Shown here: positions 8,703-18,665 of the stretch, piece by piece
Layout of the letters: the number at the start of each line of letters is the position of its first letter
How positions within the stretch are numbered: the first letter of the stretch is position 1
Source: Chloroflexota bacterium
GTDB taxonomy: Bacteria > Chloroflexota > Limnocylindria > Limnocylindrales > CSP1-4
NCBI GenBank assembly: GCA_040882345.1
Contig: JBBEBL010000220.1
Coordinates: 21,773 to 62,981, forward strand
Length of the DNA: 41,209 bases
Direction of reading: 5' to 3'
Notes under the pieces: generated by a model
Told to the model about the DNA's origin: nothing
Database searches by the model: none
Seen by the model: the letters and a program-made list of their open reading frames with translations, nothing else
Position numbers and translations under genes: made by a program

Positions 8703-11066
8703 GTGACCGGAACCCACCTGGCCCTCGCGGTGGTCTTCGCGGCCGCCGTCCTCGTGCCGCTCCTGTGGCGGCTGAATGCCCGCGCCGGGCGTGCCGTGGG
8801 CGTCTTCGTCCCGGCGGCCTTGACCGCGTACTTCGTGGCGATCGCGCCCGCGGTCCTGCGCGGGGAGCCGGAACGAGGCGTCGTCCCGTGGGTCCCGGCG
8901 CTTGGCGTCGACCTGGCCGTGAACGTGGACGGCCTGGGCCTCCTGTTCGCCCTACTCGTATGCGGGATCGGGGCGTTGGTGCTGCTCTTCTCCGATGCGT
9001 ACCTCCACGGCGACCCACGCCAGGGCCGCTTCACCGGGATCATGCTCGCGTTCCTCGCCTCCATGCTGGGCCTGGTCGTCGCCGACGACCTGTTGCTCGT
9101 CTACGTGTTCTGGGGCCTGACCGGCCTGACCTCGTTCCTGCTCATCGGCTTCGACCACGAGCGTCGCTCAGCTCGGGACGGCGCGAACCAGGCATTCCTC
9201 CTGACGGCGGCGGGCGAACTGGCGATGCTGGCCGGGTTCGTGCTCCTGGCCGGGATCGCGGGCACGGGCCGCCTTTCGGAGATGGCCGGGGCCGCGGAGG
9301 CGGCCAGCCTGCGGACCCACGCGCTGTACGTGCCGACCCTCGTCCTCATCCTGGCGGGTGCCCTGACCAAGTCGGCGCAGGTCCCGTTCCATTTCTGGCT
9401 ACCCAACGCGATGGAGGCTCCCACGCCGGTCTCCGCCTACCTCCATTCCGCCACGATGGTCAAGGCCGGGGTCTACCTCATCGCCCGCCTGGCCCCGATA
9501 CTGGCGGCCACCGGGGCATGGGTCGGCATCCTCACCGTCGTCGGCGCGGCGACCCTGGTCCTCGGCGCCTGGATGAGCCTGGGTCAGACGGACCTGAAGC
9601 GGATCCTCGCCTACTCGACGGTCGCCGCGCTGGGCCTGATGGTCCTGCTACTGGGCCTGGATACGCCGGAGGCGAGCGTCGCCGCGATCGCCGTGTTGCT
9701 GGCCCACGCCGCATACAAGGGCGCGCTGTTCCTGGTGGCAGGTTCCATCGACCACGGGGCCGGCACGCGCGACGTCACCCGCCTGGGTGGTCTCCGGGGC
9801 GCGATGCCGCTGACCGCGACGGCCGGCCTCATCGCCGCCGCGTCGATGATCGGCCTGCCCGGGTTGCTCGGGTTCATCGGCAAGGAACTCGCGTACAAAG
9901 CGACGCTGGACGTGGTCGGTGCCGCCGTCGTGGTGACCGCGGTCGTCGTGGCGGCCGGGATCGCCTTCGTGGCCGTCGCCGGGATCACCGGTGTGCTGCC
10001 CTTCTTCGGCCGCACGGATGCCGGGACCGGGACCGGGGCCGACGCCCACGAAACCCCGGCGCGCATGTGGGTCGCACCGACCGTCCTCGCCGCCATGGGG
10101 CTGGTCGCCGGCATCGCGCCATCCCTGTTCGCCGGTCCGCTGATCGCGGCCGCCGCTTCGGATGTGGTGGGTGGCCCGATCGACGCCAAGATCCTGCCCT
10201 GGTATCCGCCCGACCTCGCGCTCGCGTTGAGCGTGGTCACGGTGCTGGCCGGGCTCGGCCTGCTGGTGGCGCGGCGCCAGGCGAGGAGCACCGTCACGCG
10301 GCTGGACGTCGGGGAGCGGCTCGGGCCGGAGCGAGCGTGGGAAGGCCTGGTGACCGGCACCGTCCGGTTCGCCGGGGTTGTGTCGGCCACCTCGCAGACC
10401 GGGCGACTGCGCCAGTACATGCTCATCGTCTTCGTCACGACGACCGTGCTGGCGTGGGGCGTGGTCGCCCTCCTGGGCGGGCTGCCGGCGCTGGAGCCAT
10501 CCACCGACGTGCGGTTCTGGGAAGTCGGCGCGGCCGGCGCGATCCTCGTCGGTGCGTTCGTCGCGTTACGGGCGGATTCGCGTCTGAGCGCCGTGGCCGC
10601 CCTCGGGGTCGTCGGCTATGGCATCGCGCTCGTCTACCTGCTGTTCGGAGCGCCGGACCTGGCCATGATCCAGGTCTTGATCGAGACCCTGATCATCATC
10701 CTGTTCGTGCTCGTGTTCCACCACCTGCCGCGCTTCGTGACGGTCTCCTCATCCGCCTCCCGGATGCGCGATGCCGTCGTGGCGCTCGCGGCGGGGACCC
10801 TGATGGGGACCCTCGTCCTGGCGACGAGCGTCCGCCCTCACGAGGCGATCTCCTCCTTCTTCCTCGAGGCGAGCTACCTGGAGGCGCGGGGACGAAACGT
10901 CGTGAACGTCATCCTGATCGACTTCCGCGGGCTCGACACCCTCGGGGAGGTGACCGTCCTCGCCGTCGCGGGCATCGGCGTGTTCGCGCTGCTGAAGCTG
11001 CGCCCGGACCGTCGGGCCGACCGGGTCCAGGCCGGCGCGGGCGCGGCCGCAGAGGAGCGCTCGTGA
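8703..11066 (+). CDS. mrpA: Mrp/Mnh Na+(K+)/H+ antiporter subunit A
   Basis: [86 protein letters not shown] 8703 start is an estimate; the ORF is open from 8550. Confidence 0.95.
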   Translation: MTGTHLALAVVFAAAVLVPLLWRLNARAGRAVGVFVPAALTAYFVAIAPAVLRGEPERGVVPWVPALGVDLAVNVDGLGLLFALLVCGIGALVLLFSDAYLHGDPRQGRFTGIMLAFLASMLGLVVADDLLLVYVFWGLTGLTSFLLIGFDHERRSARDGANQAFLLTAAGELAMLAGFVLLAGIAGTGRLSEMAGAAEAASLRTHALYVPTLVLILAGALTKSAQVPFHFWLPNAMEAPTPVSAYLHSATMVKAGVYLIARLAPILAATGAWVGILTVVGAATLVLGAWMSLGQTDLKRILAYSTVAALGLMVLLLGLDTPEASVAAIAVLLAHAAYKGALFLVAGSIDHGAGTRDVTRLGGLRGAMPLTATAGLIAAASMIGLPGLLGFIGKELAYKATLDVVGAAVVVTAVVVAAGIAFVAVAGITGVLPFFGRTDAGTGTGADAHETPARMWVAPTVLAAMGLVAGIAPSLFAGPLIAAAASDVVGGPIDAKILPWYPPDLALALSVVTVLAGLGLLVARRQARSTVTRLDVGERLGPERAWEGLVTGTVRFAGVVSATSQTGRLRQYMLIVFVTTTVLAWGVVALLGGLPALEPSTDVRFWEVGAAGAILVGAFVALRADSRLSAVAALGVVGYGIALVYLLFGAPDLAMIQVLIETLIIILFVLVFHHLPRFVTVSSSASRMRDAVVALAAGTLMGTLVLATSVRPHEAISSFFLEASYLEARGRNVVNVILIDFRGLDTLGEVTVLAVAGIGVFALLKLRPDRRADRVQAGAGAAAEERS

Positions 11067-11476
11067 GCGGCATCATCCTCCCGACCGCGACGAAGGTGCT
11101 GCTGCCTCTGCTCCTGCTGTTCTCGCTGTTCCTGCTGCTTCGCGGGCACGACGAACCGGGCGGGGGATTCGCCGGCGGCCTGGTGGCCTCAGCCGCGTTC
11201 GCCCTGCTGGCCACCGCGTCCGGGGTCCCGAACGCCCGGCGCGTGCTCCACGTGGATACGAGGACCCTGATCGGGGTGGGACTCGCCCTCGCGCTCGCGA
11301 GCGGCCTGGTGGGTCTCGTCGGCGGATCTGGGTTCCTTGCCTCGGTGTGGCTGGACCTGGCGCTCCCGGACGGCACGCCGTTCTACGCGGGCACGACGCT
11401 GCTCTTCGACCTTGGCGTCTATCTCGTCGTCGTGGGCTCCGTCCTGACCATCGTCTTCGCCCTGGAGGAGGAGTGA
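11063..11476 (+). CDS. mrpB: Mrp antiporter subunit B
   Basis: [17 protein letters not shown]...[19 protein letters not shown] overlap with mrpA; this is the real 3' part of track ORF 8471..11476. Confidence 0.93.
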   Translation: MSGIILPTATKVLLPLLLLFSLFLLLRGHDEPGGGFAGGLVASAAFALLATASGVPNARRVLHVDTRTLIGVGLALALASGLVGLVGGSGFLASVWLDLALPDGTPFYAGTTLLFDLGVYLVVVGSVLTIVFALEEE

Positions 11477-11477
11477 C

Positions 11478-11825
11478 GTGGCGACCGTGCTGGCGATCGT
11501 CATCGGCGGACTCTTCGCGGCCGGCGTCTACCTCATGCTGCGCCGCAGCCTCGTGAAGCTGGCCCTCGGGTTGAGCCTCATCGGGAACGCCGCCAACCTG
11601 CTCATCTTCACGGCCGCCGGACTCGTCCGGGGGGAGCCACCGCTGGTGCCCGCGGGCGCCGAGACGCCACCGCCCGGGGTCGCGGACCCGCTGCCCCAGG
11701 CCCTGATCCTGACCGCCATCGTCATCGGTTTCGGTGTCCTCGCGTTCACCCTCGTCCTGCTCCATCGGGCCTACCAGGAGACCGGCTCGGACGACCTTGA
11801 CGACCTGTCGTCGTCGGACCGATGA
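11478..11825 (+). CDS. mrpC: Mrp antiporter subunit C
   Basis: [12 protein letters not shown]...[18 protein letters not shown]. Confidence 0.95.
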   Translation: MATVLAIVIGGLFAAGVYLMLRRSLVKLALGLSLIGNAANLLIFTAAGLVRGEPPLVPAGAETPPPGVADPLPQALILTAIVIGFGVLAFTLVLLHRAYQETGSDDLDDLSSSDR

Positions 11826-13333
11826 CGATCCTGTTGATCCTGCCCATCGTCATCCCCCTCGGCGCGGCCGCGCTCGCGCTGCTGTCATGGCGCTCCCCCG
11901 TCCGGCAACGGGTGATCGTGCTGATCGGCACGGCCGCGCTGCTCGCGGCGGGCATCGCCCTGCTCGTGGAGGTCGAGCGGGTCGGCGTCATGGCGCTGAC
12001 GGTCGGCGGGTGGCAGGCCCCGTTCGGCGTCACCCTCGCGGCCGACCTGCTCAGCGCGATCATGATCGTCATCACCGGGGTCATCGGCGTGGCCGTTGCC
12101 GTCTATGGCCTGGCGACCGTGGACGGCCGGCGCCAGTCGTTCGGCTATCACCCGCTCTACGCGATCCTGCTTGTGGGGGTCTGCGGCGCGTTCCTGACCG
12201 GCGACATCTTCAACCTGTACGTCTGGTTCGAGGTGATGCTCATCGCCTCCTTCGTGCTCCTGGCCCTCGGCGGCGATCGGGCCCAGCTGGAGGGGGCCCT
12301 CAAGTACGTCGCCCTCAACCTCGTCGCGTCGGCGCTTTTCCTGTCCGGGGCGGGACTGCTGTACGGCGTTGCTGGGACCCTCAACATGGCGGACCTCGCG
12401 GGAAAGCTGTCCGTGGTGGAGCCGACCGGCCTGGTGACAGCCATCAGCGTCCTGTTCCTCGTGGCATTCGGGATCAAAGCCGCGGTCTTCCCGCTGTTCT
12501 TCTGGCTGCCCGCCTCGTATCACACGCCGCCGGTCGCCGTATCCGCCGTCTTCGCCGGACTGCTGACCAAGGTTGGGGTCTATGCGCTGATCCGCGTCTT
12601 CACGCTGGTCTTCACGGGCGATGCATCCACCATCGACGCCATCCTGCTGGTGACGGCGGCACTGACCATGGTCGTCGGTGTCCTTGGTGCGGTGGCCCAG
12701 CACGAGTTCCGGCGCGTGCTGTCGTTCCTCATCGTCAGCGGGATCGGGTTCATGGTCATGGGCCTTGCGCTCCACACGCCACTCGCTCTCGCGGGCTCCA
12801 TCCTCTACATCATCCATGGCAGCATCGCGAAGACGAACCTGTTCCTCGTCGGCGGTGCAGTGGAGCGCCTGGCCGGGACCGGAGCGCTCGTGCGTCTCGG
12901 TGGGTTGTGGGCCCTCCGACCCGGCCTGGCGGTCCTCTTCCTCATCCCGGCGATGTCCCTCGCCGGGATCCCGCCGCTGTCTGGCTTCTTCGCGAAGCTG
13001 GCGCTGGTCCAGGCCGGGCTCGCCATACAGCAGTACGCCATCGTGGGCGTCGCGCTCCTCGTCAGCCTGCTCACCCTGTACTCCGTGCTGAAACTCTGGA
13101 ACGAGGCGTTCTGGAAGGCGGCTCCCGACGACGACCCGGCGGCGGGCTCGGCGCCGCACGACCTGACGGCGCGACTCGACCGGCGGATCACCATGCCGAT
13201 GGTCGCGCTGGCCGCCTGCACCATCGCGATCAGCGTGGCAGCGGAGCCGATGTTCGGCCTCGCCATCCGGGCCGCGGACCAGCTGATGGACCCGACCGCC
13301 TACATCGCCGCCGTGCTGGGAGCGACGCCGTGA
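11822..13333 (+). CDS. mrpD: Mrp antiporter subunit D
   Basis: [70 protein letters not shown]. Confidence 0.95.
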   Translation: MTILLILPIVIPLGAAALALLSWRSPVRQRVIVLIGTAALLAAGIALLVEVERVGVMALTVGGWQAPFGVTLAADLLSAIMIVITGVIGVAVAVYGLATVDGRRQSFGYHPLYAILLVGVCGAFLTGDIFNLYVWFEVMLIASFVLLALGGDRAQLEGALKYVALNLVASALFLSGAGLLYGVAGTLNMADLAGKLSVVEPTGLVTAISVLFLVAFGIKAAVFPLFFWLPASYHTPPVAVSAVFAGLLTKVGVYALIRVFTLVFTGDASTIDAILLVTAALTMVVGVLGAVAQHEFRRVLSFLIVSGIGFMVMGLALHTPLALAGSILYIIHGSIAKTNLFLVGGAVERLAGTGALVRLGGLWALRPGLAVLFLIPAMSLAGIPPLSGFFAKLALVQAGLAIQQYAIVGVALLVSLLTLYSVLKLWNEAFWKAAPDDDPAAGSAPHDLTARLDRRITMPMVALAACTIAISVAAEPMFGLAIRAADQLMDPTAYIAAVLGATP

Positions 13334-13803
13334 CCATGTTCGCCGCGAACCTGTTGCTCGCGCTCGCCTGGGTCGCGATGTCCGGCCAGTTCAGTGCCGC
13401 GAACTTCCTGCTGGGCTTCGCCTTCGGCTATATCGCGCTCCTGGTCACCAGGCGGTCGATCGGTCGGACGTCGTATTTCGGGCGCACGGTGCGCCTGGCG
13501 TCGTTCGTCGCCTTCTACCTGCGTGAGCTCATCCTCGCCAACCTGCGGGTCGCGTACGACGTCGTCACACCCACGCATCACATGCATCCGGGCATCGTCG
13601 CCGTACCCCTGGACGTCCGCAGCGATGCCGAGATCACGCTGCTGGCGAACCTGCTGACGATGACCCCCGGCACGCTCAGCCTGGACATCTCGGACGATCG
13701 GACGACGCTCTACGTGCATGGGATGTTCGTGGAGGATCCCGAGGCATTCCGTCGCGAGATCAAGGACGGCTTCGAGCGGCGCGTGTTGGAGCTCCTGCGA
13801 TGA
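13330..13803 (+). CDS. mrpE: Mrp antiporter subunit E
   Basis: [14 protein letters not shown]...PGIVAVPLD...[16 protein letters not shown]...LYVH. Confidence 0.94.
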   Translation: MTMFAANLLLALAWVAMSGQFSAANFLLGFAFGYIALLVTRRSIGRTSYFGRTVRLASFVAFYLRELILANLRVAYDVVTPTHHMHPGIVAVPLDVRSDAEITLLANLLTMTPGTLSLDISDDRTTLYVHGMFVEDPEAFRREIKDGFERRVLELLR

Positions 13804-14087
13804 CCGGCCCGGTGGATGGCCTGATCGGGATCGCGTTCGTGACCGCCATGGGGATGATCACCGTTTCTCTGGTCCTGACGTTCGTCCGGTTGGTGCTGGG
13901 CCCAAGCCTCATGGATCGGGTGGTCGCGCTGGAGCTGACCGCTACGCTCGTGGTCGGGGTCGTCGCGGCGACGGCCATCGCCTCCGGCACCCCGGTCCTC
14001 CTGGATGTCGCGATCGCCCTGGCCCTGGTGGCATTCATCGGTGCGGTCGCGTTCGCGCGCTACGCTGAGCGGGCGGCGCGCGGATGA
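13800..14087 (+). CDS. mrpF: Mrp antiporter subunit F
   Basis: RLVLGPSLMDRVVALE...LDVAIALALVAFIGAVAFARY. Confidence 0.94.
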   Translation: MTGPVDGLIGIAFVTAMGMITVSLVLTFVRLVLGPSLMDRVVALELTATLVVGVVAATAIASGTPVLLDVAIALALVAFIGAVAFARYAERAARG

Positions 14088-14461
14088 CAGAGATCGTGAC
14101 GGCCGTTCTCATGCTCCTGGGAGCGTCCTTCATGCTCCTCTCCGGGGTGGGGGTCATCCGGATGCCGGACGTCTACATGCGCCTCCAGGTCGCGAGCAAG
14201 GCGTCATCCCTGGGGGCCGGCTGCCTCATGGCGGCGGTCGCCGTCCACTACGCGGAACTCGGGATCGTGGCCCGCGCCATGCTGGTCGTGACGTTCATCT
14301 TTCTGACGACGCCGGTGAGCGCCCACCTCATCGGACGCGCCGCATATCTGACCGGCGTCCAACTGTGGGACCGCACCGGCGATGACGATCTCGAGGGTGC
14401 CTACGACCGCGAGGCCGGCACGCTCCGCGGCCGCGGTCGGGACGACGCGCCGGGCGGCTGA
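14084..14461 (+). CDS. mrpG: Mrp antiporter subunit G
   Basis: GVIRMPDVYMRLQVASKASSLG...FLTTPVSAHLIGRAAY. Confidence 0.94.
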   Translation: MTEIVTAVLMLLGASFMLLSGVGVIRMPDVYMRLQVASKASSLGAGCLMAAVAVHYAELGIVARAMLVVTFIFLTTPVSAHLIGRAAYLTGVQLWDRTGDDDLEGAYDREAGTLRGRGRDDAPGG

Positions 14462-14508
14462 TCAGCCGACGGCGACGGCGCTCGCCGCGAGGTTCCCGGA
14501 TCCCGCGA

Positions 14509-14979
14509 TCACCCCACGACTCGCCGAGGCGGCGGGTCGCCCGCGAGCTCGCGCACGTGGGCGACGAGTTGCGGTTCGGTCAGTGGCGCCGCGCTCTGCG
14601 TGTCGACGGCCCGCTCGCGCTCGAGACGGCGGTCCTCGGCCCTGATGATCCGGCCGAGGCGCTGGCGGACGTCACCGGGCCCGACGATGCGGACCGGATC
14701 GCCCGGCGGGATCCGCGCGGCCACTTCCCGGATGAAAGCCGCCAGTCGGGCCGCCTGGACCCGCTCGAGACGGTCAGTCGGGACGCCGCCGCCACCGTGG
14801 CGGACGGTCGGGTCGTGCCGGATGTGGCCGGTCGAGCGCCGGTGGGGCGGCACCTCGGATGCGATCCGTTCGATCGTCGCGGCACCGTCCCAGCGGACGA
14901 TCAGGGCCTCGTCACGGTCGATCCACACGAGGGTGGCGGGATCGTCCCGGCCGCGAGCGACCCGCGCCCCGCGCGTCAT
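14509..14979 (-). CDS. Small eRF1-domain-2-like / baeRF-type ('translational machinery' or host-attachment-like) protein
   Basis: The pattern VWIDRDEALI...FIREVAARI...VRIVGPGDVRQRL...LTEPQLVAHVRE resembles the small bacterial release-factor-like families. ATGA coupling to the upstream ybaK-like gene. Confidence 0.6.
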   Translation of the reverse strand: MTRGARVARGRDDPATLVWIDRDEALIVRWDGAATIERIASEVPPHRRSTGHIRHDPTVRHGGGGVPTDRLERVQAARLAAFIREVAARIPPGDPVRIVGPGDVRQRLGRIIRAEDRRLERERAVDTQSAAPLTEPQLVAHVRELAGDPPPRRVVG

Positions 14980-15500
14980 GAGGATGCCCAGGCGGCCCGA
15001 TCGTGGTCGGCGAGTGCGATGTCCGCGTACACGACGTGGGTCGCTCGCTCCCAGGCGGCCCGATCGACGTGGACCGTGAAGCTGTGGCTGCCGGCGTGGA
15101 ACGAGATCTCCGGGTCGTCGCGGACGGCGAAGTCGGCGATGACGCGGGCGTCGAACAGATCCCCGATCGGCGGGATCGTCCCGACCTCGAAGTCCGGCGC
15201 GAACTCGACGAGCTCGCCCTCTGACGCGAGCCGGACATCGTCGGCCGCGAGGACGTGGCGCACCTTCGCGAGGTCGATACGGTCCACCGCATCGACGACG
15301 ACGAGGGCAGGTCGATCATCGGCGATGACACAGACCGTCTTCGCGAAGCGTCGTGGGTCGATCCCCTCGGCCCGTGCCGTCGCCGTCGCGGTGATCGTCG
15401 TCGCATGCTCATGGATCTCGTGGTCGACGCCGTTCACGCGCAGCCACTCGAGCAGGCGTGGTTGCGGGACCGCCCCGACATCCTGGATGTTCGCCGCCAT
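14976..15500 (-). CDS. YbaK/EbsC (aminoacyl-tRNA deacylase/ProX-like) family protein
   Basis: RFAKTV, LASEGELVEFAPDFEVGTIPPIG, ISFHAGSH. GAGGAGG RBS before ATG 15500. Confidence 0.9.
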   Translation of the reverse strand: MAANIQDVGAVPQPRLLEWLRVNGVDHEIHEHATTITATATARAEGIDPRRFAKTVCVIADDRPALVVVDAVDRIDLAKVRHVLAADDVRLASEGELVEFAPDFEVGTIPPIGDLFDARVIADFAVRDDPEISFHAGSHSFTVHVDRAAWERATHVVYADIALADHDRAAWASS

Positions 15501-15570
15501 CACACACCTCCTCGGTCCGTCGCTTCCCATCGACTTCCGCGAGCATGTCAGTCCGCCGCGCGGCGGCCTA

Positions 15571-15650
15571 GGGCCCGTGGTCACCCACAGCGCGGGCCCG
15601 ATGGCACGAACGGCGTCTCCGGCGCCGCCGCGGGCCGGGCCGAACGGCCC
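15571..15650. promoter_or_regulatory. Three DevR-box-like sites in the divergent ybaK / CBS-ATPase promoter region
   Basis: GGGCC-CGTG-GTCAC (15571-15584), GGGCC-CGAT-GGCAC (15594-15607), GGGCC-GAAC-GGCCC (15637-15650). Confidence 0.55.
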
Positions 15651-15837
15651 CCGGTGTTCGGTCGCCCTGGTCCTGCCGGTCGCTCGTCTCCACGCCGCAT
15701 CCTTGACCCATGTGCATCGTCTCGTCGGCGTTCCCTGTCGCGGTCTGCCCGCCGCCGTCGATGGCTCGGCGGTGGTCAGCCGTGAGCGATCACGGGCGCC
15801 ATCGTCGCCCGAGCCGTGAACGTGAAGGAGTCCTGAC

Positions 15838-16140
15838 ATGCCACGCTCGATGAAGCCGCTGACCGTGGGCGACCTGATGGCTCTCGTCGGCGTCCTCAGC
15901 CAGACCGATCTCATCCGGGCGCGCTCGACCGAGTACCTGTGGATCAACTGGGCAGGACTGGCGGTCCGCCATCTCATGACGTCGCCGGCGGTCACCGTGA
16001 CCCGTTCGACGCCGGTCCCGATCGCGGCCCGCAAGATGGAGCGCCACCGGATCCACCGGTTCGTCGTCGTGGCGGATGAGGACGAGAGCCTGCCGATCGG
16101 CGTCCTCTCGACGACCGACCTGATCCGGCGAGCCTCGTGA
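15838..16140 (+). CDS. CBS-domain protein with an apparent in-frame deletion in the first CBS motif
   Basis: AAGGAG RBS. LTVGDLM joins directly to ALVGVLSQTDL. The second CBS motif is complete (VRHLMTSPAVTV...IHRFVVV...IGVLSTTDL). Confidence 0.78.
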   Translation: MPRSMKPLTVGDLMALVGVLSQTDLIRARSTEYLWINWAGLAVRHLMTSPAVTVTRSTPVPIAARKMERHRIHRFVVVADEDESLPIGVLSTTDLIRRAS

Positions 16141-16502
16141 TGGACGTCAGAGAGCCGATGGCCGGCGCGGACCTGCCCGGCGCCTCCGTGGTCGCGGAAC
16201 TCGAGCGGGCCGAGCTGGCCGCTCGGGAGAAGCGGCTCGTCGCGGAAGCGGAAGCGGCACGGATGATCGAGGACGCGGCCGTCCGCGCCAACGCGATCGA
16301 GGCGGAGCTCCCGGTCAGGGTCGCCGCGACGCTCGCCGCCCTCCGCGAGGAGCATCTCCGGGGTGCGACGGAGGAGGTCGCGCGGATCGAGCGCGAGCTC
16401 GCGGGATCGATCGGCGGTGCCCCGCCGGGTGATGCCGGCACGGGGCCCGATGCCGCCGTCGAGTACGTCGTGGCGATGGTCCTCGGCGAGCCGGGAAGGT
16501 GA
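16137..16502 (+). CDS. atpH: V/A-type ATP synthase peripheral stalk subunit H (G)
   Basis: Ala/Glu/Arg-rich coiled coil ending DAAVEYVVAMVLGE; first position of the H-I-K-E-C-F-A-B-D operon. Confidence 0.7.
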   Translation: MMDVREPMAGADLPGASVVAELERAELAAREKRLVAEAEAARMIEDAAVRANAIEAELPVRVAATLAALREEHLRGATEEVARIERELAGSIGGAPPGDAGTGPDAAVEYVVAMVLGEPGR

Positions 16503-16509
16503 GTGGGAG

Positions 16510-18450
16510 ATGCAGGTCGCGATGTGTCGCATCGACATCGTCGCTCCCCGCTCCGCGGCGGCGCACGTCGTGCGGATCATCCACCGCGCAGGGATCGTCC
16601 ACCTGATCCCGTACGAACCGGTGGGCAGTCCAGGATCGTCCGTCTTCGTGGCGGAGTCGCGGGCCCTCCGCGGGGATGCCGATCGACCCTCACCGATGGA
16701 CGCGGCGCTTGACCGGATCACCGCATCGAGCGGTCTCCTCTCGACGCCCGACGCCTCGGACGCCCTTGTCCGTGAGTGGTGGGAGGCATCCGACCAGGCT
16801 CTCCTCGAGCAGGTGGTCGCCCTGGAACCGGCCGCCCGTCGCGCGTCCGAGCTGACGGCCGGACTGCAGTCCCTGCGCGCCGAGGCGGCCCGGCTGGCCG
16901 GCTACCGTCGGATCGTCGAGGGTCTCCGTTGGGCGGTCGGCCACGTGCCGTCGATCCGAGGCTACGCCTCGACCGGGATCGTCGTCCGCGCGCGCTACCG
17001 CGAGGTGATCGGGCTCGTTCGCGAGGAGCTCGATTCCCTGACCGACGGGCGATCCGAGGTGATCTCCGCCGACATCGACGCCGACCGCGTCGCGGCCGTC
17101 CTCATCTACCCGGTCCGCCTCGCTCCGGACGTTCGGGCGCTCCTCGGTGGGCGTGACCTCGAGGAGGTGAGCCTGCCGGAGTCGCTCGTCGCCGTCCCGT
17201 TCGACGAGCTGATGCCGCGATTGGAGGCGGAGGAGTCGACGCTCCACGAGAGGGCCGGGGCTGCAGAGGCCGAGCTTGGTCGGCTCGCCGCGACGCACGG
17301 CGCACTCGTCGCGTCGCTTCGGCTCGTCCTCGCCGACCGGCAGGCGGAAGGCCGCGTCATCGCGGCGGCCGGGCGGAGCGATCATCTCACCGTCATCTCC
17401 GGCTGGCTGCCCCGCGACTCGGTCGAGGACCTGCGTGCGCGTCTCGAAACGGAGGTGGGACCCGACGTCCTCGTCATCGAGCGCGCCGCCGACCCGACCT
17501 CCCGGTCGGCGCCCGTGGCGCTCGAGAACCGACCGGTCCTGCGGGCCTTCGAGCCGCTCGCGTCGTTCGTGTCGCTGCCGCGCTACGGGACGGTCGATCC
17601 GACGCCGCTCATCGCATTCGCCCTGCCGATCTTCGTCGGCCTGATGGTCGGCGACGTCGGGTACGGGCTCGTTCTTCTGGCGATCCTCGCCCTCGCTCGT
17701 CGGCGCTGGCGCGAGGCGCGTGCGATGGCCTTCATCTGGCCCGTGGGCGCGCTGGCAGCCCTCTCGACGATCCTGTTCGGCTTCCTCTTCGGCGAGGCGT
17801 TCGGCGACGTCGGTCACGAATGGCTCGGCCTGGAGCCCCTCTGGTTCGACCGGCGGCACGAGGTTCTCCCGCTCCTCGTCCTCGCCTTCGCGATCGGAGT
17901 CGCCCAGATCGGGCTGGGGCTCGTGCTCGGTGTCGTGAATGCGACCCGTCTCCATCATCGGCGCGAGGCCATCGGCCGGATCGCTCTCCTTGCGAGCCTC
18001 GTCGCCGCGATCGTCGCGCTCGCCGCACTGGCGGGCGGCCTCCCCGCATGGGCCGGTCCGCTCGCGGTCGTCGTCCTCGTCGCCGCTCTCGTCCTGCTCA
18101 GCGCGACCCTCGGGCTGGCCGGACCGATCGAGATGATGGGGGTCTTCGGCAATGTCCTGAGCTACGCGCGGCTCATGGCGGTCGGCCTGGCCTCCGTCAT
18201 GCTCGCGCTCATCGCGAACCGGATGGGCGGCGTCGTCGAGAACGCCCTCGTCGGCTTCGCGATCGCGGCGGTCTTCCACGCCCTCGCGATCGTCCTCGGC
18301 TTCTTCGACTCGTCGGTGCAGGGGATCCGGCTCCAGTACGTCGAGTTCTTCAGCAAGTTCGTGGAACCCGGCGGCGTGCGGTACGAGCCGTTCGTCTCCG
18401 TCCTCGGGCGCGAGCATGGATCTCGCGCCCCGCTCGCAGGAGGTGCTTGA
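16510..18450 (+). CDS. atpI: V/A-type ATP synthase subunit I (a)
   Basis: PRYGTVDPTP...GLMVGDVGYG, GNVLSYARLMAVGLA (essential Arg), IRLQYVEFFSKF. Confidence 0.95.
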   Translation: MQVAMCRIDIVAPRSAAAHVVRIIHRAGIVHLIPYEPVGSPGSSVFVAESRALRGDADRPSPMDAALDRITASSGLLSTPDASDALVREWWEASDQALLEQVVALEPAARRASELTAGLQSLRAEAARLAGYRRIVEGLRWAVGHVPSIRGYASTGIVVRARYREVIGLVREELDSLTDGRSEVISADIDADRVAAVLIYPVRLAPDVRALLGGRDLEEVSLPESLVAVPFDELMPRLEAEESTLHERAGAAEAELGRLAATHGALVASLRLVLADRQAEGRVIAAAGRSDHLTVISGWLPRDSVEDLRARLETEVGPDVLVIERAADPTSRSAPVALENRPVLRAFEPLASFVSLPRYGTVDPTPLIAFALPIFVGLMVGDVGYGLVLLAILALARRRWREARAMAFIWPVGALAALSTILFGFLFGEAFGDVGHEWLGLEPLWFDRRHEVLPLLVLAFAIGVAQIGLGLVLGVVNATRLHHRREAIGRIALLASLVAAIVALAALAGGLPAWAGPLAVVVLVAALVLLSATLGLAGPIEMMGVFGNVLSYARLMAVGLASVMLALIANRMGGVVENALVGFAIAAVFHALAIVLGFFDSSVQGIRLQYVEFFSKFVEPGGVRYEPFVSVLGREHGSRAPLAGGA

Positions 18451-18451
18451 G

Positions 18452-18664
18452 ATGGACGAATCGATCCGCTACCTGGCCGCTGCCCTCGCGGTCGGCCTGG
18501 GGGCCATCGGGACCGGCTGGGCGCAGTCGCGCATCGGGGCCGCAGGCGCGGGTGCCGTCGCCGAGAAGCCGGAGGTGTCGGGCACCATCCTCATCCTCGT
18601 GGCCCTGCCGGAGACGATGGTCATCCTGGGCTTCGTCATCGGCGCGATGATCATCTTCCTCTGA
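18452..18664 (+). CDS. atpK: V/A-type ATP synthase proteolipid subunit K (c), single hairpin
   Basis: GAIGTGWAQSRIGAAGAGAVAEKPE...VALPETMVILGFVI; 70 aa. Confidence 0.95.
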   Translation: MDESIRYLAAALAVGLGAIGTGWAQSRIGAAGAGAVAEKPEVSGTILILVALPETMVILGFVIGAMIIFL

Positions 18665-18665
18665 C

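Noticed and set aside
8471-11476. 1001-aa ORF that could be read as a giant MrpB fusion
   Set aside because: The first ~860 codons are Arg/Gly/Pro-rich off-frame shadow of mrpA; only 11063-11476 is MrpB.
14976-16721. 581-aa minus-strand ORF
   Set aside because: Only 14976-15500 is YbaK-like and it has its own RBS; the rest is antisense to the CBS/ATPase genes.
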